Shown here: positions 37,655-50,992 of the stretch, piece by piece
How positions within the stretch are numbered: the stretch's first letter is position 1
How the letters are laid out: each line of letters starts with the position of its first letter
Notes under the pieces: model-generated
Databases searched by the model: none
Seen by the model: the letters and a program-made list of their open reading frames with translations, nothing else
Told to the model about the DNA's origin: nothing
DNA from: Camelus ferus
Lineage: Eukaryota
Assembly: GCF_009834535.1 (NCBI RefSeq)
Contig: NC_045697.1
Coordinates: forward strand, 5,086,001 to 5,150,000
DNA length: 64,000 bases
Direction: 5' to 3'
Translations under genes and position numbers: made by a program

Positions 37655-38070
37655 CTTTCTGAGCTGGGCTTTTGCAGACGCAGACCCCGAGATTAGGATT
37701 CATCAGCAAGCGATCCGTTGAGCAGTGTTCCTGGGGGGACCAGCAAGATAGGGAAGCAAGGGTGTGATGTCAGGTAACTGCAGCCTCAGTCTGATCCTCA
37801 GGGAGCTCTGGATGGCACAGACCTCAGGGCAAGAGAGCTGGGCTCTCACAGTCCTGGGACCATCAGTCACTAGCTACAGGGTCACCTGAGAGGGCTGTGA
37901 ACTCCCAGGCAGGCACTTCTGGCTGTGCAGTAAGTTGCCAAAGCACTTCCAGGAGCACAAGGACAGCTCTCTGTAGAAGGCTGTAAGTGGTGATCCTTGG
38001 AGGTCATGCATAAGGAAGCTGGGCAGTGGGCAGACAGAACTGATAGGAAAGATCAAAAGGGTTCTGGATT
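37655..38070 (-). mobile_element. ERVL solo LTR (LTR33/LTR16-like)
   Basis: gcagaccccgagattaggattcatcagcaagcgatcc...agcctcagtctgatcctcagggagctctgg...catcagtcactagctacagg. Confidence 0.55.
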
Positions 38071-38854
38071 GAGAACCACCAGATTTAGTTGTAAATATAA
38101 AAATTAGAAATGCAGACATAGAACTTCTAGGTTGCAATGAAAAATTATTGAGACCTACTGTGTGCCAGGCAGTATGTTAGGCACTGAGGATCTAACAGTG
38201 AGAACAGAAGAATCTTGTTTCCATCCTCATGGAGTTTACAGTGAAACAGGCAGTGGTCCCAAGCACAGCCCACATCCATGTGAAGTCACGACAGTGCTAA
38301 GTGATACAAGTGTGCTTACAGGCGTGTGTCAGGAGAACATGTCAGTGGGGGGACCAGGGGAAGTGGGCGATGAGCTACCTGCCCTTGGAGAGAGGAGACG
38401 GCGTTAGCAGGCACAGCTGCAGCGCGTGGGGAAGGATCAGCGCTGCAGACGGAAGGGAGGGAACGTGCACAGTGTTTATTAAATGGAAGTGAGAGAACGT
38501 CAGAAACAAAAACTCCAGCATTTTGATCATTCAGGGAAGAAAACACTAAAAGATAATCTAAAGAGGTGGATCTGGGGAAGACAGGGACACCATCTTCTGT
38601 TGAACGCCTGGGTCCCAGGTAGGACACCCGATACGTAAGTTATTTTACGGATTCATCACAGCAACAGAGCCTTCATCTTTCTAGAGAAAAGTGCATTTGA
38701 AGCCATAGCTCACATGGATTCCTACTAGAGCCAGGATTCCATTTCAGATTTCCTGTTTGCCAAAGTCCAAGCCCTTTCCATAATTCCATACAGTGGATTT
38801 GTTTCCCAAACCAAGGTATATATTTTTTTCCATATGGGGCACACTAAGCAGAGG

Positions 38855-41292
38855 TTAATTTTTAAAGGCTGAAATTTTGTCCCTTTGACTATCATCTCCC
38901 AATCCCCCCCCAGCCCAGCCCCCAGCGCCACCATCCTACTCTCTGCTTCTATGAGACTGATTGTTCCAGGTTCCACATACAGATGAGATCATATGTATTT
39001 GACTTTCTCTGTCTGTCTTATTTCACTCAGCATAATGACCTCTAGGGCCACCCATGTTGTGGCAATATAGCAGAATTTCCTTCTTTTTAAAGGTAGAGTA
39101 ATATTCTACTATACGTATACACACATTTTCTTTACCCGTTCATCCATCAATGGTAATTTAGTTTATTTCCATACCCTAACTATTGTGAATAATACCTCAG
39201 TGAATATGGGGGTGCAGATACCTCTTTAAGGTCCTGATTTCAATTCCTTTGGATAGATACCCAGAAGTGGGACCACAGGATCACAGTTTCAATTTTCTGA
39301 GGAACCTCCGTGCTATTTTCCATAATGACTGTACCAATTTATACTCCCATCAGCCTTCCTCCACGTCCTCACCGACACTTGTTATCTTTTGTTTTTTTAA
39401 TAACAGCCTTCCTGTAAGAAATGATGTCTCATTGTAGTTTTGATTTGCATTTCTCTAATGACTAGTGATGAACTTTTTTCATATACTTGTTGGCCATTTG
39501 TGTATCTTCTTTGGAGCAATGTCTACTTAGGTCCTCTGCCCATTTTTTAAAGTTGAATTATTTGGCTTTTTCTGTTTAATTGTTCCTTAAACATTTTGGG
39601 TATTAACTTCTTATTACATCTATGGTTTACAAATATATCCCCCTATTCTGTAGGTTGCCTTTTCATTTTGTTGATTTTTTCCCTTTGTGGCGCAAGTGTT
39701 TTGCTTTTATGTAGGCCCACATGTTTATTTTTGCTTTTTTGTTGTCTGTGCTTTTGGTGTCGGATCCAAAAAACCATTGCCAAGACTGATGTCAAGGAGT
39801 TTTTTTTCCCCTATATTTTCTCATAGGAGTTTTAGAATTTCAGGTCTTACATTTAAATCTTTAAACCATTTTGAGTTGAGTTTTGTATATTGTTTCAGTA
39901 AGGGTCCAATTCTTTTGAATTGGGATATATATAGTTTCCCCAGTGCCATTTACTGAAGAGACTATTCTTTCTCCATCGTGTATTCTCGGTGCACTTGCCG
40001 ATGATTCATGGTGTTAGCTGCAGGTCGGTCATATACGGCCAACATTATGTTGAAACATTTCTTCTGTACCAAATCTGAGACTTCTTATCGTGAAAGGATG
40101 TTAAACTTTGTCAAATGCATTTTCTGCATCTACTGAAATGATCATATGATTTTCATTACCTTTCATTATGTTAACATGGTGAATTACATTTACTGATTCA
40201 CGTGTGTTAAACCATCCTTGCATCCCAGGGATAAATATCACTCGATCAGAGTGTATGGTTCTTATAATGGTCTTTTGAATTTTGTTGGCTGACATGTTGT
40301 TGAGAAAATTTGCATCTATATTTGTTAGAGATATTGGCCGGTAATTTTCTTTCCTTGTAGTGCCCTTGTCTGGGTTTGGAATCAGAATAATGCTGCCCTT
40401 GCAAAATGAGTTTGGAAGTGTTTCCGCCTCTTCAGTTTTTTTTGGAAGAGTTGCAGTAGGATTGGCATTATTCTTTAAATTTTTGGTAGAATTCACCAGT
40501 GAAGCCATCTGGTCCTGGGCTTTTCTTTGTTGGCAGGGTTTTTATTACCAATTCAATCTCCTTGCTCATTATTGATCTGTTCAGATTTTTACCTTCATGA
40601 TTTAATTTTGAAAGGTCATATGTTTCAGGGAATTTATTCATTTCTTCTAGATTATCCAATCTGCTGAGGCACAATAGTTCACTAGTAGCTCTTACAATCC
40701 TTTGTATCTGCCGTATCAGTCATAACAACTCCTTTTTCATCAATAATTTTATTCATATAAGATTTTTTCCTTTTTCTTAGTCTAGCTAAAAGTTTTACAA
40801 TTTTATCTTTTAAAACTCAACTCAGTTTCTCTAGTCTCTATTTAAATATTTCTGCTTTAATCTTTATTAGTTCCTCCCTTCTACTAACTTTGAGTTTAGT
40901 TTGTTTCTTTTCCTAGTTCCTTGAGATATAAAGTTAGGGTTTTTATTTGAGATCTTTCTTTTTTTCTTAATGTAGACATTTTTCATTATAAACATTCTTC
41001 TTAAAACTGCTTTTGCCACATCCTATAACTTTTGATATATTGTGTTTCCATTTTTATCTCAAGATTTTTTAAAATTTCCGTTTAAAATTTCTTCTTTGAC
41101 CCATTGGCTGCTCAGAGGTGTGCTGTTTAATTTCTGCAAATTTGCTAATTTTCTTCCTGTTATTGGTTTCTAATTTCATACCATTATGGACAACCAAGAC
41201 ACTTGATTTGATTTCAGTCTTCTTAAATTTCTTAAGACTTGTTTTGTGACCTAACTTGTGATCTTCCTGGAGAAGGTTCCATGTGTTTCCTT
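38855..41292 (-). mobile_element. LINE-1 fragment (ORF2 EN C-terminus, RT and 3' part), internally deleted
   Basis: ORF 40101..40508 [18 protein letters not shown]...[13 protein letters not shown]...IPGMQGWFN...[18 protein letters not shown] 40468..40674 [18 protein letters not shown] 41069..41329 DHKLGHKTSLKKFKK. Multiple frameshifts. Confidence 0.95.
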
Positions 41293-42168
41293 GGGAAAAA
41301 ATACATAAGCCAGTTCTGCAAAGAGCCACAGAGCTGGAATTGGGAGTAAACTCCAGCCAAGATAATTTGGCACCAAGCTCAGTTGTCCATTCCCAAGATG
41401 AACGTTAGGAGTTGAATTTTGACTGAAGTGCCTAGAGGAGACTCCTGAAATTACAGGCATTGGGAGGAGACGGAACAACCAATAGCTGGGGCTGAAGCGC
41501 AGGTACCAAGGCCTGAGGCCACTCTGTTTCAGGGTGCAAGTCCCACATCTAGGGACAGCTCCACGTTTTTTGCTGATCAGCTTAAGCAATGCAAGAAGAT
41601 GGGTAGTCACACTGGCTTTGCCCCAAAAGCACCCTGCACAGGAGAACTTTGCCTCCTTTCCTCGTCCTTCTCTGTACTTTAAGACTGGGATACAGCTAAC
41701 TGGGGGGAGGGTACAATTGACGCCTCCACCACTGAGCAGTGTTTGAATATCAAACAGAACTTTTCCTAAAGCAAGATGCTAGGCTGCCAACTTCCTTAGT
41801 GGAAACCCACAGAGCTGGGGTCTCCCATCTAGGTAGAATGCAGTAATGCTCACTGCATCCTCAGACGCAGGAGCAAGGGCAGGAGCACAGTTGCCTTTCT
41901 GGACAGAAGGGAGCTGCTGCCCCTCCCACTCCAGAATATCTCTAAAAACACTGTTTGTCTCTCTCCCCGCTCACTCACATCTTCCTAAAACGAGAGGAGA
42001 GGCCCACCCAGTTGATCAGATCTTGACACTTATTTGCTGAGTCCCAAAAAGCAAACCTATTACAGATTTTCCTGCCAGTTATTCTTCCATCTACAGGGTA
42101 CCAGGAGGGGTCTGTCTTCTGCTCCCTGCACCCATTTAAACATACCTCCTAGTGCTGAGGGGTTCAGC

Positions 42169-42332
42169 GCTCACTAGTTTCAACCCTGGCTGTACCTTAG
42201 ACTAACCTGGGGAGCTTTCAGACCACTGATGCCTGGGCCTCGGTCTCAGCTCAGTCACACCGAGTGGGGTCCCAGCCCCATAACTGGCAAAGTCATGCAA
42301 TGATCTGATGCTCAGTAAAGTCTGAACCAATG
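42169..42332. mobile_element. Degenerate MER5-type MITE
   Basis: tttcaaccctggctgtaccttagactaacctggggagcttt...actgatgcctgggcc...tgatctgatgctcagtaaagtctgaaccaatg. Confidence 0.55.
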
Positions 42333-44677
42333 AGAGGCTATGTGGTTAAGTACATTTGGGGTTTGCTGGCCACAACTCTTCTTAGTTCTGAAACCACCAT
42401 CTGGGCTCATGAATCCCCACATCTAGCTTTCAGCTGGAGGAAAGAGGGTTCCATTGTGGCCTCAAGTCCAAGCTGAGCTTTCCAAACTTGCTTTCTGCAG
42501 AATCATGCAATGAAGCCTAGCAATTTTGCCAATATATTAGTAAGACCGCCCTCACCCATCTGGCTCTGCACCCCCATGGATCTGTTGCATCGCCCCAACC
42601 TTGGAGGAGAAGAGCAGCATGGGAGGACCCGGGTGCCATGACTCCCTCACACACGACGTGGGAAAGCTTCAACCACTTTAAAAATAGAATAGCTTAGTTC
42701 ACGAGATCTTGGCCAGTCCCACAAGTGACTTTAGGTGGCTTCAAACATAAATAAAGAAAACAGAATGGTGATAAAAATAGACAGATTTGAGACCAAGGAA
42801 TTTTAATGTCAAGTAGAAAGCAAAGCAATAAAAAAAAAAGCAGAGAAATGCATATCAGAATGAAGCAGGAAATGAACTTACAAATACACAGTGAAGAATG
42901 AATGTCCTTCAACAAGAGAAGAGCTCAGGCACTGTGTCATTTAATAACATATATTTAAAGCCTAAGAACTAGACATTGGTCCCATTTTACAGATGATGAA
43001 ACTGAGTCCCAGTGGATTATCCCAAGTCCCACAGTCAGTGACTTTAAACTCAACTTCAGGTCTGTTTGTCTAGGGGTTCTTTCTTCTTAAGGCACCATGT
43101 AGCTTCTCTAAAATGGTTTAGCTCTGAGCTTCCTTTCAATCATAGTGGAGAGGATAACACAGTCAGACACACAATTTTCATTATCAGAATAAAGATGTAT
43201 TCCAGTACCTCAGGGAAAGCAAATTTTTTGTCCAAGCACTGTCCAAGAAAGGCATCTCTCAGATGGAATCAAGAAAGGCTTCACAGACAAGCACTGGGCA
43301 GGGTTTTGTGGTACAAATAGGAGCTCTCCTGGTGAACAGGAGAGAAAGAAAATTCAGGAAAATGGAACACCCCATGCAAAGACCTGGACAACGGTCTGAA
43401 ACCACCTGGTATGGGAGCTTGGCTCCAAGGAGTCTAGTATTCGTGGAGCTCAATGTGAGGTTAACTAATTTAATAACGTTGTAAAGTTCAGTCAAGTTGG
43501 AAAGCCAAAGAGCAGAGAAGAGAAAATTTAATTTAAAGAAGTAGAACAAAATCTTATTAAGGTAGGCTCCACTAATTTGGAACATGTAGCAATTCAGAGA
43601 GGTAAAAACAGTGCATTCAAGGACCTGATTTATAATGTAAGCAAGATTGGAGGCACCAGTTCAAAACCACCTAGGCTATTAATAGGTTTTCAAATATTCG
43701 AGAGTACGTGGTCACATAGCAACAAAGATATGCTAATGACAAACACTCAATATATTCATTAAAATAGGTCCCCATGGTATCGCTTCTGTCTACACCTTAT
43801 TAGACTTTCTATTTCATGTACAATGTTGATGGACACAGACCTGCCTCACTTGAGCTGTTTTTGTGCAAATCACCACCAAGCATCCTTAATTTAAATGACA
43901 CTCACTGCACGCCCGATGTTTGCTGGACTTGTGCCACCCATCTTCATTTTAATGTCCCATAAAGGATCTCCATAAGGCCCGAGACTCCTTTGAGTTTAAC
44001 ATCCAGACGCAAAACCTGTGACTGGCTCAGGCATCGTCAGAAATCTCATTACTCCCGGTACAGATCTCAAGGGTGCAGACAAAATGGAAATTGGCAGCGT
44101 GGTGTAGACCGATTTTCCCTCTCACTGCACCTACATACAGAAGTGCATGATTTGGAGGGAAAGACAAGATTCACCACCTCTGTATAAACGCTGTGCACAA
44201 CGGGAATTCTAAACCAGCCCAACACCAAGATCTGCCACTGTACCTCCCACCCAAACGCAACGCGAGGACCCGGTGTCTGGACTTGACGTGATGAGAGGGC
44301 CAAGCTCTTGCGCCTTTGCTCACACGGTCCCTCCACCTGATTCTTCCTTCTTCCTCTCTTCTGCTTCCTGAAATCTTGCCTCTTCCTCGGGACGGAGTGT
44401 GACGTCATCACCCCAAGGACTGTCGGGGGAACGTGGACCACGTGGCTGGAGGTGCTGCAATGGAGGTGCATGGGGCCCAAGTCCATCCCTCTCTCCTGCT
44501 AAACAGATCACTCCCCTAGAGAATGAAGCACAGTGTCTTTCTTCTACTTGTCTCTCAGGACACAACTCAAGCACTTATTCAAAAGCCTTCACTGAACTAA
44601 TGCCCAATAATCTTGAAAAAGATCAGTCTTAATGGGACTCAAAGACACAGGTATCAAAAAAAAAAAAAACAACTAGG

Positions 44678-44812
44678 TGTGGTGGGTATAGCTCAGTGGA
44701 AGAGCACAGGCTTAGCATGCCTGAGGTACTGGGTTCAATCCCCAGTACCTCCATTAAAATACATAACTAAATAAAGCACACATATAGTGCACCAGAAACT
44801 GGAAAAAAAAAA
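44678..44812 (+). mobile_element. tRNA-derived camelid-type SINE (Vic-1-like) with extended tail
   Basis: gggtatagctcagtggaagagcacaggcttagcatgcctgaggtactgggttcaatccccagtacctccattaaaat; degenerate TSD aaaacaactaggtg / aaaaccctatgtg. Confidence 0.88.
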
Positions 44813-45239
44813 AACCCTATGTGGTACCATCTTGTTTTGCCCATTAAATTAGCTGGTGAAAAGGTGACGAAAGAGGCATTTGTAGAGACTGCTTGTTCAG
44901 TGGTCGTATTTTGAAATGCCATTTCATAGTATGTCTCAAAAAAATCTTTTGGTCTAAGGTGTTGATTTCTAGGAATTTATATTTTAAGCAAATAATCAAG
45001 GAGGCAGACAAAGTTTTATAATCATAGTAATAGCTAGCTTTGAGATTTAACCCATCGTTGGGCACCACGTCCTCATTTTGCATGGATTTTATGAAGTTCC
45101 CACTCTATGAACAGAAATAATCCATCACAGGGCGTGGGCAGGATGACCCGGGATAACACACGTTACAGAGAAACTGACGTGCAGAAAGAGTGTAGTGACT
45201 TTGAGACAGCGCTAGGACTGCCACTGCCACTTGCTGAAA

Positions 45240-45480
45240 ACACAACAATACCACATGTCCTGCCACGAAACATAATCAAGTGGGATTTATTCCAGGCAGA
45301 AAGAGGCACTGCTGATCAATGTAATAACGTAAGTACCCATACGTCAAGACGAAGGAAACCAAACATCTGAGCACCTTGATGATTCTTCAAGAGGCATCAG
45401 ATAAAATTCAAAATCAATTCCAAAGACAAAAACTCTTAGGAAAACAGGAATGAAAAGATAACATCCTTAAGGTTTCAACG
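45240..45480 (+). mobile_element. Old L1 ORF2 fragment
   Basis: cataatcaagtgggatttattccagg (HDQVGFIPG-like); gataaaattcaa; aaaactcttaggaaaacaggaat. Confidence 0.65.
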
Positions 45481-48400
45481 CAACCAAGCCAAGCAGCTGG
45501 TTAGGACGTGTAACTCCTAGAAAAGTCGGTTCACTCTGCATTCACGTACTCACCCATTCTACCAGTATTTCTGGAGTGAATTCTTCGTGATCACGTTCCG
45601 GTGGCTCAGAACTGAAGCATTCAATTTAGAGGAGGAAGTAAATAAAACTCTACATGAATAGGATAATTTCTGGTGGTGATTTGTGCTATGACAGAAATGA
45701 TCCAGGGGATCGAGAAACAGACAGAAGGACTGAAGTCACTAGGATCTTCCCACCGCACGTGCTCCCTCACTCCTCCCTGCAGCGACTAAAGGGACTCCAC
45801 AGAGTTAAGCCTGGAAACCACTGGTCTACCTACCACCCTGCCATGTAGCAAAATGAGGCCAAGAAGATGGCAAGAGGTGAGAGACGGTCAGCCCCAGACA
45901 GTGCGTGACATGCAGAACTGGGTGCCTCCTATCAGCTCCCCCACAAACCCTGCCCGTAGCATCCCCACAGGGTGACAGTGGGCCAAAGGCCACCAGCAGT
46001 CTGCGCTTTCTGCCAGCCACAATCCCGACTGCCCCCTGACATTCCTCACACCCAACCCCTTTCTTCATTTGTTACCTGTCTGCCCCTGCAGGCATTGGAG
46101 TTTGGAGTCCTGATCTGGCATGGTTCCCGGTCCCAAGGACCTAAGGGTAAGGGCCATTTCTCAACCCCACCTGCTCACAGGAAGATACCAACTGAGTTCC
46201 TGGCAGGCTGGGTATCTGCTGCATCTAAAAAGGTCTGAATGGAGGAAGAGGGGGGTCTTGTCTGCCATGGCGTCCACCATCACTGACAGTAACACTGATC
46301 ATTGTGACCCAGAGCAGTGGAGCCTTACCTGAACTCAGACTGATTCCTCATTGCCTCCATCCCCCACCTTAATTCTTCCTTTTGTTTTCTCGCTTAGTAA
46401 TAATATATCTTATCTTGAATTTTAAAAGAATGTGTGTTAGTGGCTTTAAGTAATTTTTGAAATTACTTGAGAATAGAAAAGGAACAGAAAAAAGCAGAGC
46501 CGGGGAGGGAAAAAGGAAGAGGAAAAGAACCTTGCAGAGCGGTACCCAGCTCGCGGCAGGCTGTCAGCATCCAGTATCACTGAGGATGTGGGCCGTGTAT
46601 CACAGATGCTACCAGTGAGGTGACCCAGGCGACTCTGGCAAGGCATGGAATGCCATCGAATGCAGAGCAAAAGGCCACTCACTTCAATTCCAACTGCATT
46701 TCCATCCTGATTACATGGAGGAGAAAGCCTAGATTTGATACTAGCTTCTCTTCCACACTCTCCTGCTACCTGTCCGTCTCCATTTCAAGCAATGAAAGAC
46801 CTGGTCTCGGATTCACAACCTCGGCAGGCAACAGTATTTAGTCAGAAGTTAATGACACTGTCTAAGTTTCACGGTATAAATTCTTAGGGCTGTCTGCTAT
46901 GCAAGACAACAGGAGATAGCTTTGACTTTCAGGGTAATACCAAGATGGAGATCTTGTTATTTTTCTGATCTTAATAGACCTGGTTAATCTAAGTTAAAAA
47001 GTGAGCTGATATAAAAATTTAGAAGTCCACAATATGCACGTGGTTCACAGATACAAATGACCACGAGGGACCACTGTGGGGCCTCTCCAGCCTCCTTCTC
47101 CAAGATGTCACAGAATTGGTTTCTCATCTGGAAAGTGGATGATCACTTTTCAAGGTCATTTCAACATTTTTTAACTGGTTGAAACACGCCCAGGCAGTTC
47201 TCGATTGCTAGCCTAAGGAGGAGGACACGGAGGAAGAAGGGGTAGCAGCAGAAAGGCTGGAGTAAACACGATTCTGCTAACAAATGCCTTTTAGAAATGC
47301 CTCACTTCCCCGCTTCAGTGTGTGCCAACATCCTGAGATCCTGTCTTAAAGAACGTACTGGCAAATTAAAGGTACGGCGGCAATCAAAAGGAAAATGCAC
47401 TCTGTTATGAGTTATGGAGAAAATAATTAGAAATGAAAGCCAAAAAGGATTTCTGAGATCAAGGAAGCATTTAAGTGCACCGTTCCACTGCTGGGGCACG
47501 TGCATTCGCATGTTAAACCCTGCGGGTTATGGGAGTAATTTATCCTCCATGCAAAGTGTGTCTTCCTATGCTGGAAGCTGGGGATGAAGACATGAAAAGG
47601 CACCTGTCAATCACCCTCAAGGACCCACTGTGGAGGATAGGAGGCTCCCTATTTCTTCCAAACTCCCCTCCCTCCCTTTTCTTTTCCATTCATTGAGAAA
47701 CTACTACGTCCCAAGCCATGGACTGGGTGCAAACATCTAATTCAACCTAACAAATACATTATTAAGTGCCTCCCTATTTCAAGTCCTGGAAATAAACTCA
47801 GGAGATAAACTGGACCCTGGCCTCAGAGAACTCATATTCATTCTGGGAAAAGTCTATGAAGAAATGAGCCAGCAAGCTAACAGAGGCAGAAAGGAGCTGC
47901 GCTTTATACGTAAAATATGGCAACGTGACAGAGAAAGCCTGAAAGATGGATGAAGCAGGTGGTCCAGGACGGCTTCTGGTGACCCTCTTTCAAGATGCTC
48001 AGATGGAACAACGATGGTGCAGACTCCTGAAAAGGACCACACCAGAGCACTGGCCACGCACTGGCCAGACAAGCGTGCAGGGATTTCTGTGCTGGATGGG
48101 GGTACCCGGCTGGATGGCTGTGGTGTGGCTGCCCTTGTAGGTTTCCAGGTCAAGGTGTCAACAGTCCAGCAAACACACTTGGCTTCTAAGTCAGCAAACG
48201 TCCTGAAAGCCCTTCTTGTCTGTATGTCAGGAATGATGCTTCTCCTCTCACCACCTTTCAAGTTTATTTCTCCTAATTGCACAAAGGCCTGATAATGCGG
48301 CTGGAAATTTTTTAAAAATCTCATCTATGAAGAAGTCTCTCTGAGAGCTACGAGTGGGTCCGTGCAGGGCAGGAGCCCTGGGCAAGGGTGTTGACACCCC

Positions 48401-49094
48401 GGAATTCAGAAACCAAGCCAGAAGGGGGCTCATGGGGAACCAACAGGTAGACCTATGATTCCTGCTGAGAATACACATCAGCTGGACAGCGGCAGAGGCT
48501 TCTGTGCAGCTGGGGAGGCCGGGGAGGAGGGTCAGGCTTTGGATCGAGACAGACAGGGGTTAAAACTGATTCCTCAACTTAATGGCCCAATGACACTGTG
48601 GAGGTCACTCCACCTCTCCAGGTCCAAGTTTTTCCATCTATAGATAGAGCTAAGGGTGCTCACTGCCTCCCTTCCTCTCACCTTGCACGGGAAGCAGGCT
48701 CCTGATATACTGGGGGAAGGGGCTGAGGGTGGAGATGAGGAGAAGGAAATCCAGTCTTGCAGAAGCCAAGCAAGTCTTGCAGAATACAAGCAGAGAGCAG
48801 TGGCCAACCCACTGTCAAGGTCAGGTTGAGACAGAGTGTCAGGAGTCATGGAGGGGAACGAGGGTCCACGGAGCTCTCTGGGACAGCCAGGAAGGCCCTG
48901 GGGACCAGGCTACTGCGTTGCAGGAGAGTGTGGAGATGTGACAGTCCCCTGGGCAGTGAGCACAGCACCGGTCTCCCTGGGGATCTAACGGCAGGATGAA
49001 TGGCCCTCAAGGTCCCTTGTGATTTTTTTTTTTTAAAGAAACTATCATCACTTTGGACTTAGGGACTTGCAAATCCCCAGCCTGGCCTTTGTGA

Positions 49095-49420
49095 GTAACG
49101 CGGCCCTTACACTGATACCGTCACCACCATCTCTCCAACAGTCCTCACAGCAGAAACGCGAGTGGCCATTTATCAGCGAAGCGCACATTCTCGAGAGTCG
49201 ACAATAACTACGTTGTGTTTCTAGTGTGTCTTTACGGTCCAGACAGAATTCCTGACTTGCTGAGGCGCTGCGAGGCGCTGGTTGGGTGGGGACCGCGTGT
49301 GGCGGGGGAGCGTGGGCCGGCATCCCTGCCCGTCTCCTGGCGGGGGGTGTCGCTGGCCTGGGCACAGCAGTTAGCACGGACGTGGAACAGAACACTTTTC
49401 TTTCACCGTGATTGCGCTGC
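49095..49420. promoter_or_regulatory. Intronic CpG-rich patch
   Basis: About 26 CpG in ~320 bp by hand count; not recognised as a repeat. Confidence 0.4.
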
Positions 49421-50443
49421 CTTTACCTTCACAAGTTGAGATTTATTTTCACATCACCCCATACTGCTTGACATTTGATCACGGAGTCTGGGTCATTCAT
49501 TCTGCTCTGCTTCTCAGAGTTCGCTGTGCTGGGGCCCAGTTCTCAGTCCATGAAGCAGGCAGGGAGTTGTTAAACCTCAGACTCCCAGAGCAGGAGAGAC
49601 AGGTCAGGCTACTGGCTGTCAAAATGGTTATACAGCAGAAACCCTTCGTTCAATGAAACCCACTGCAGAATGCTAGGAAACAGGGATGCAGAGTGAGGCG
49701 GGAAGAGGCCTGGTCCCTCCGCATTCAGCCCCATCAGCCCTGAGTGACCTCTGAGGAACTCCCTGGACCCTCCCCCCTTGCCCCGGGGCTCCATGGAAAC
49801 CAGGGGACGACCATGGACAGAGCCTAAGGCCTTAAGTCCACAGCCTAGAAAACTACTGCCCAGAGAAGGGAAGTGTCAAATTTCGAGTGAGAGGATAAGA
49901 TCCCAATGGCAGGTCTCAGTTTCCCTCATAATTTCCAACAACTTTCATTCAATCAAGCTAGAAAAATGAAGGGGGAACCCTGATCTGGAAGGTGTAGGCT
50001 CTGAAGTGACAGGCTGGGAGTGAATCCTGTCCCCACCTTGTTAACCAGTGGTGGGGTCGGGGGCTATACAATCAATCACTCAGCTCCTCTGAGCCTCAGT
50101 TTCCCCAGGTATAGTCACACCTGCCATGGGGACCTGCTGTGAATGTTTGGTGCCATGAAATCCCCAAGGTGCCCCTCGCTTGGGGAGCCTCCCTGATGCC
50201 ACGAAAAGATGCCAAGTGTCCTCCTTCACAGAGTCAGAGTTTCCTGGGCACATGCACTCCTTCCCCAGCACTTGCCAGAATCTTGACTTGTCCATATTTT
50301 TGTATTATTGGATTTTTGCCTGTCTCCGGTCCAGACCAGGAAAGGGGACGCTCCACACAGGTGAGGCCATGCCTGTTTTGCTCTGCATGTGTTACCAGCA
50401 CTTAGGACCATACACCATGCATCACAAGTGCTTAATAGCTCAG

Positions 50444-50992
50444 TGCTTCCCCAGTGTTCACAGCAGCACCATTTACAACAGCCAAGACACGGAGGCACCT
50501 AAATGTCCACCAACAGATGACTGGATAAAGAGTTGTGGTATATATACATAATGGAATACTACTTGGCCATGAAAAATAATGAACCAATACCATTTGCAGT
50601 AATATGGATACACTTATCATGCTAAGTGAAGTAAGTCAGAAAGAGAGAGACAGATATCATATGATAGCACTTATATGTGGAATCTAAAAAAAAGTTACAA
50701 ATAAACTTATTTACAAAACAGAAACAGACTTACAGATACAGAAAACAAACTTACGGTTACCAAAGGGGAAGAGGGAGAGAGATATATTAGGAGTTTGGGA
50801 TTAGCAGATACACAATACTACATACAAAATAGATAAACATCAACGACCTACTGTACAGCACAGGGAACTATATTCAATATTTTGTAATAACCTGTAATGA
50901 AAAAGAATATTTACATATGTATAATTGAATCCCTATGCTGTACACCAGAAACTAACACAACAGTGCAAATCAATGTACTTCAATTTAAAAAG
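50444..50992 (+). mobile_element. 5'-truncated L1 3' end
   Basis: cagcagcaccatttacaacagccaagacacgg...aatggaatactac...gcacagggaactatattcaat...tgtacaccagaaactaacacaac...acttcaatttaaaa. Confidence 0.9.

Noticed and set aside
40101..40674. Reverse-transcriptase-like ORFs as a possible novel RT system
   Set aside because: Ordinary decayed LINE-1 ORF2.
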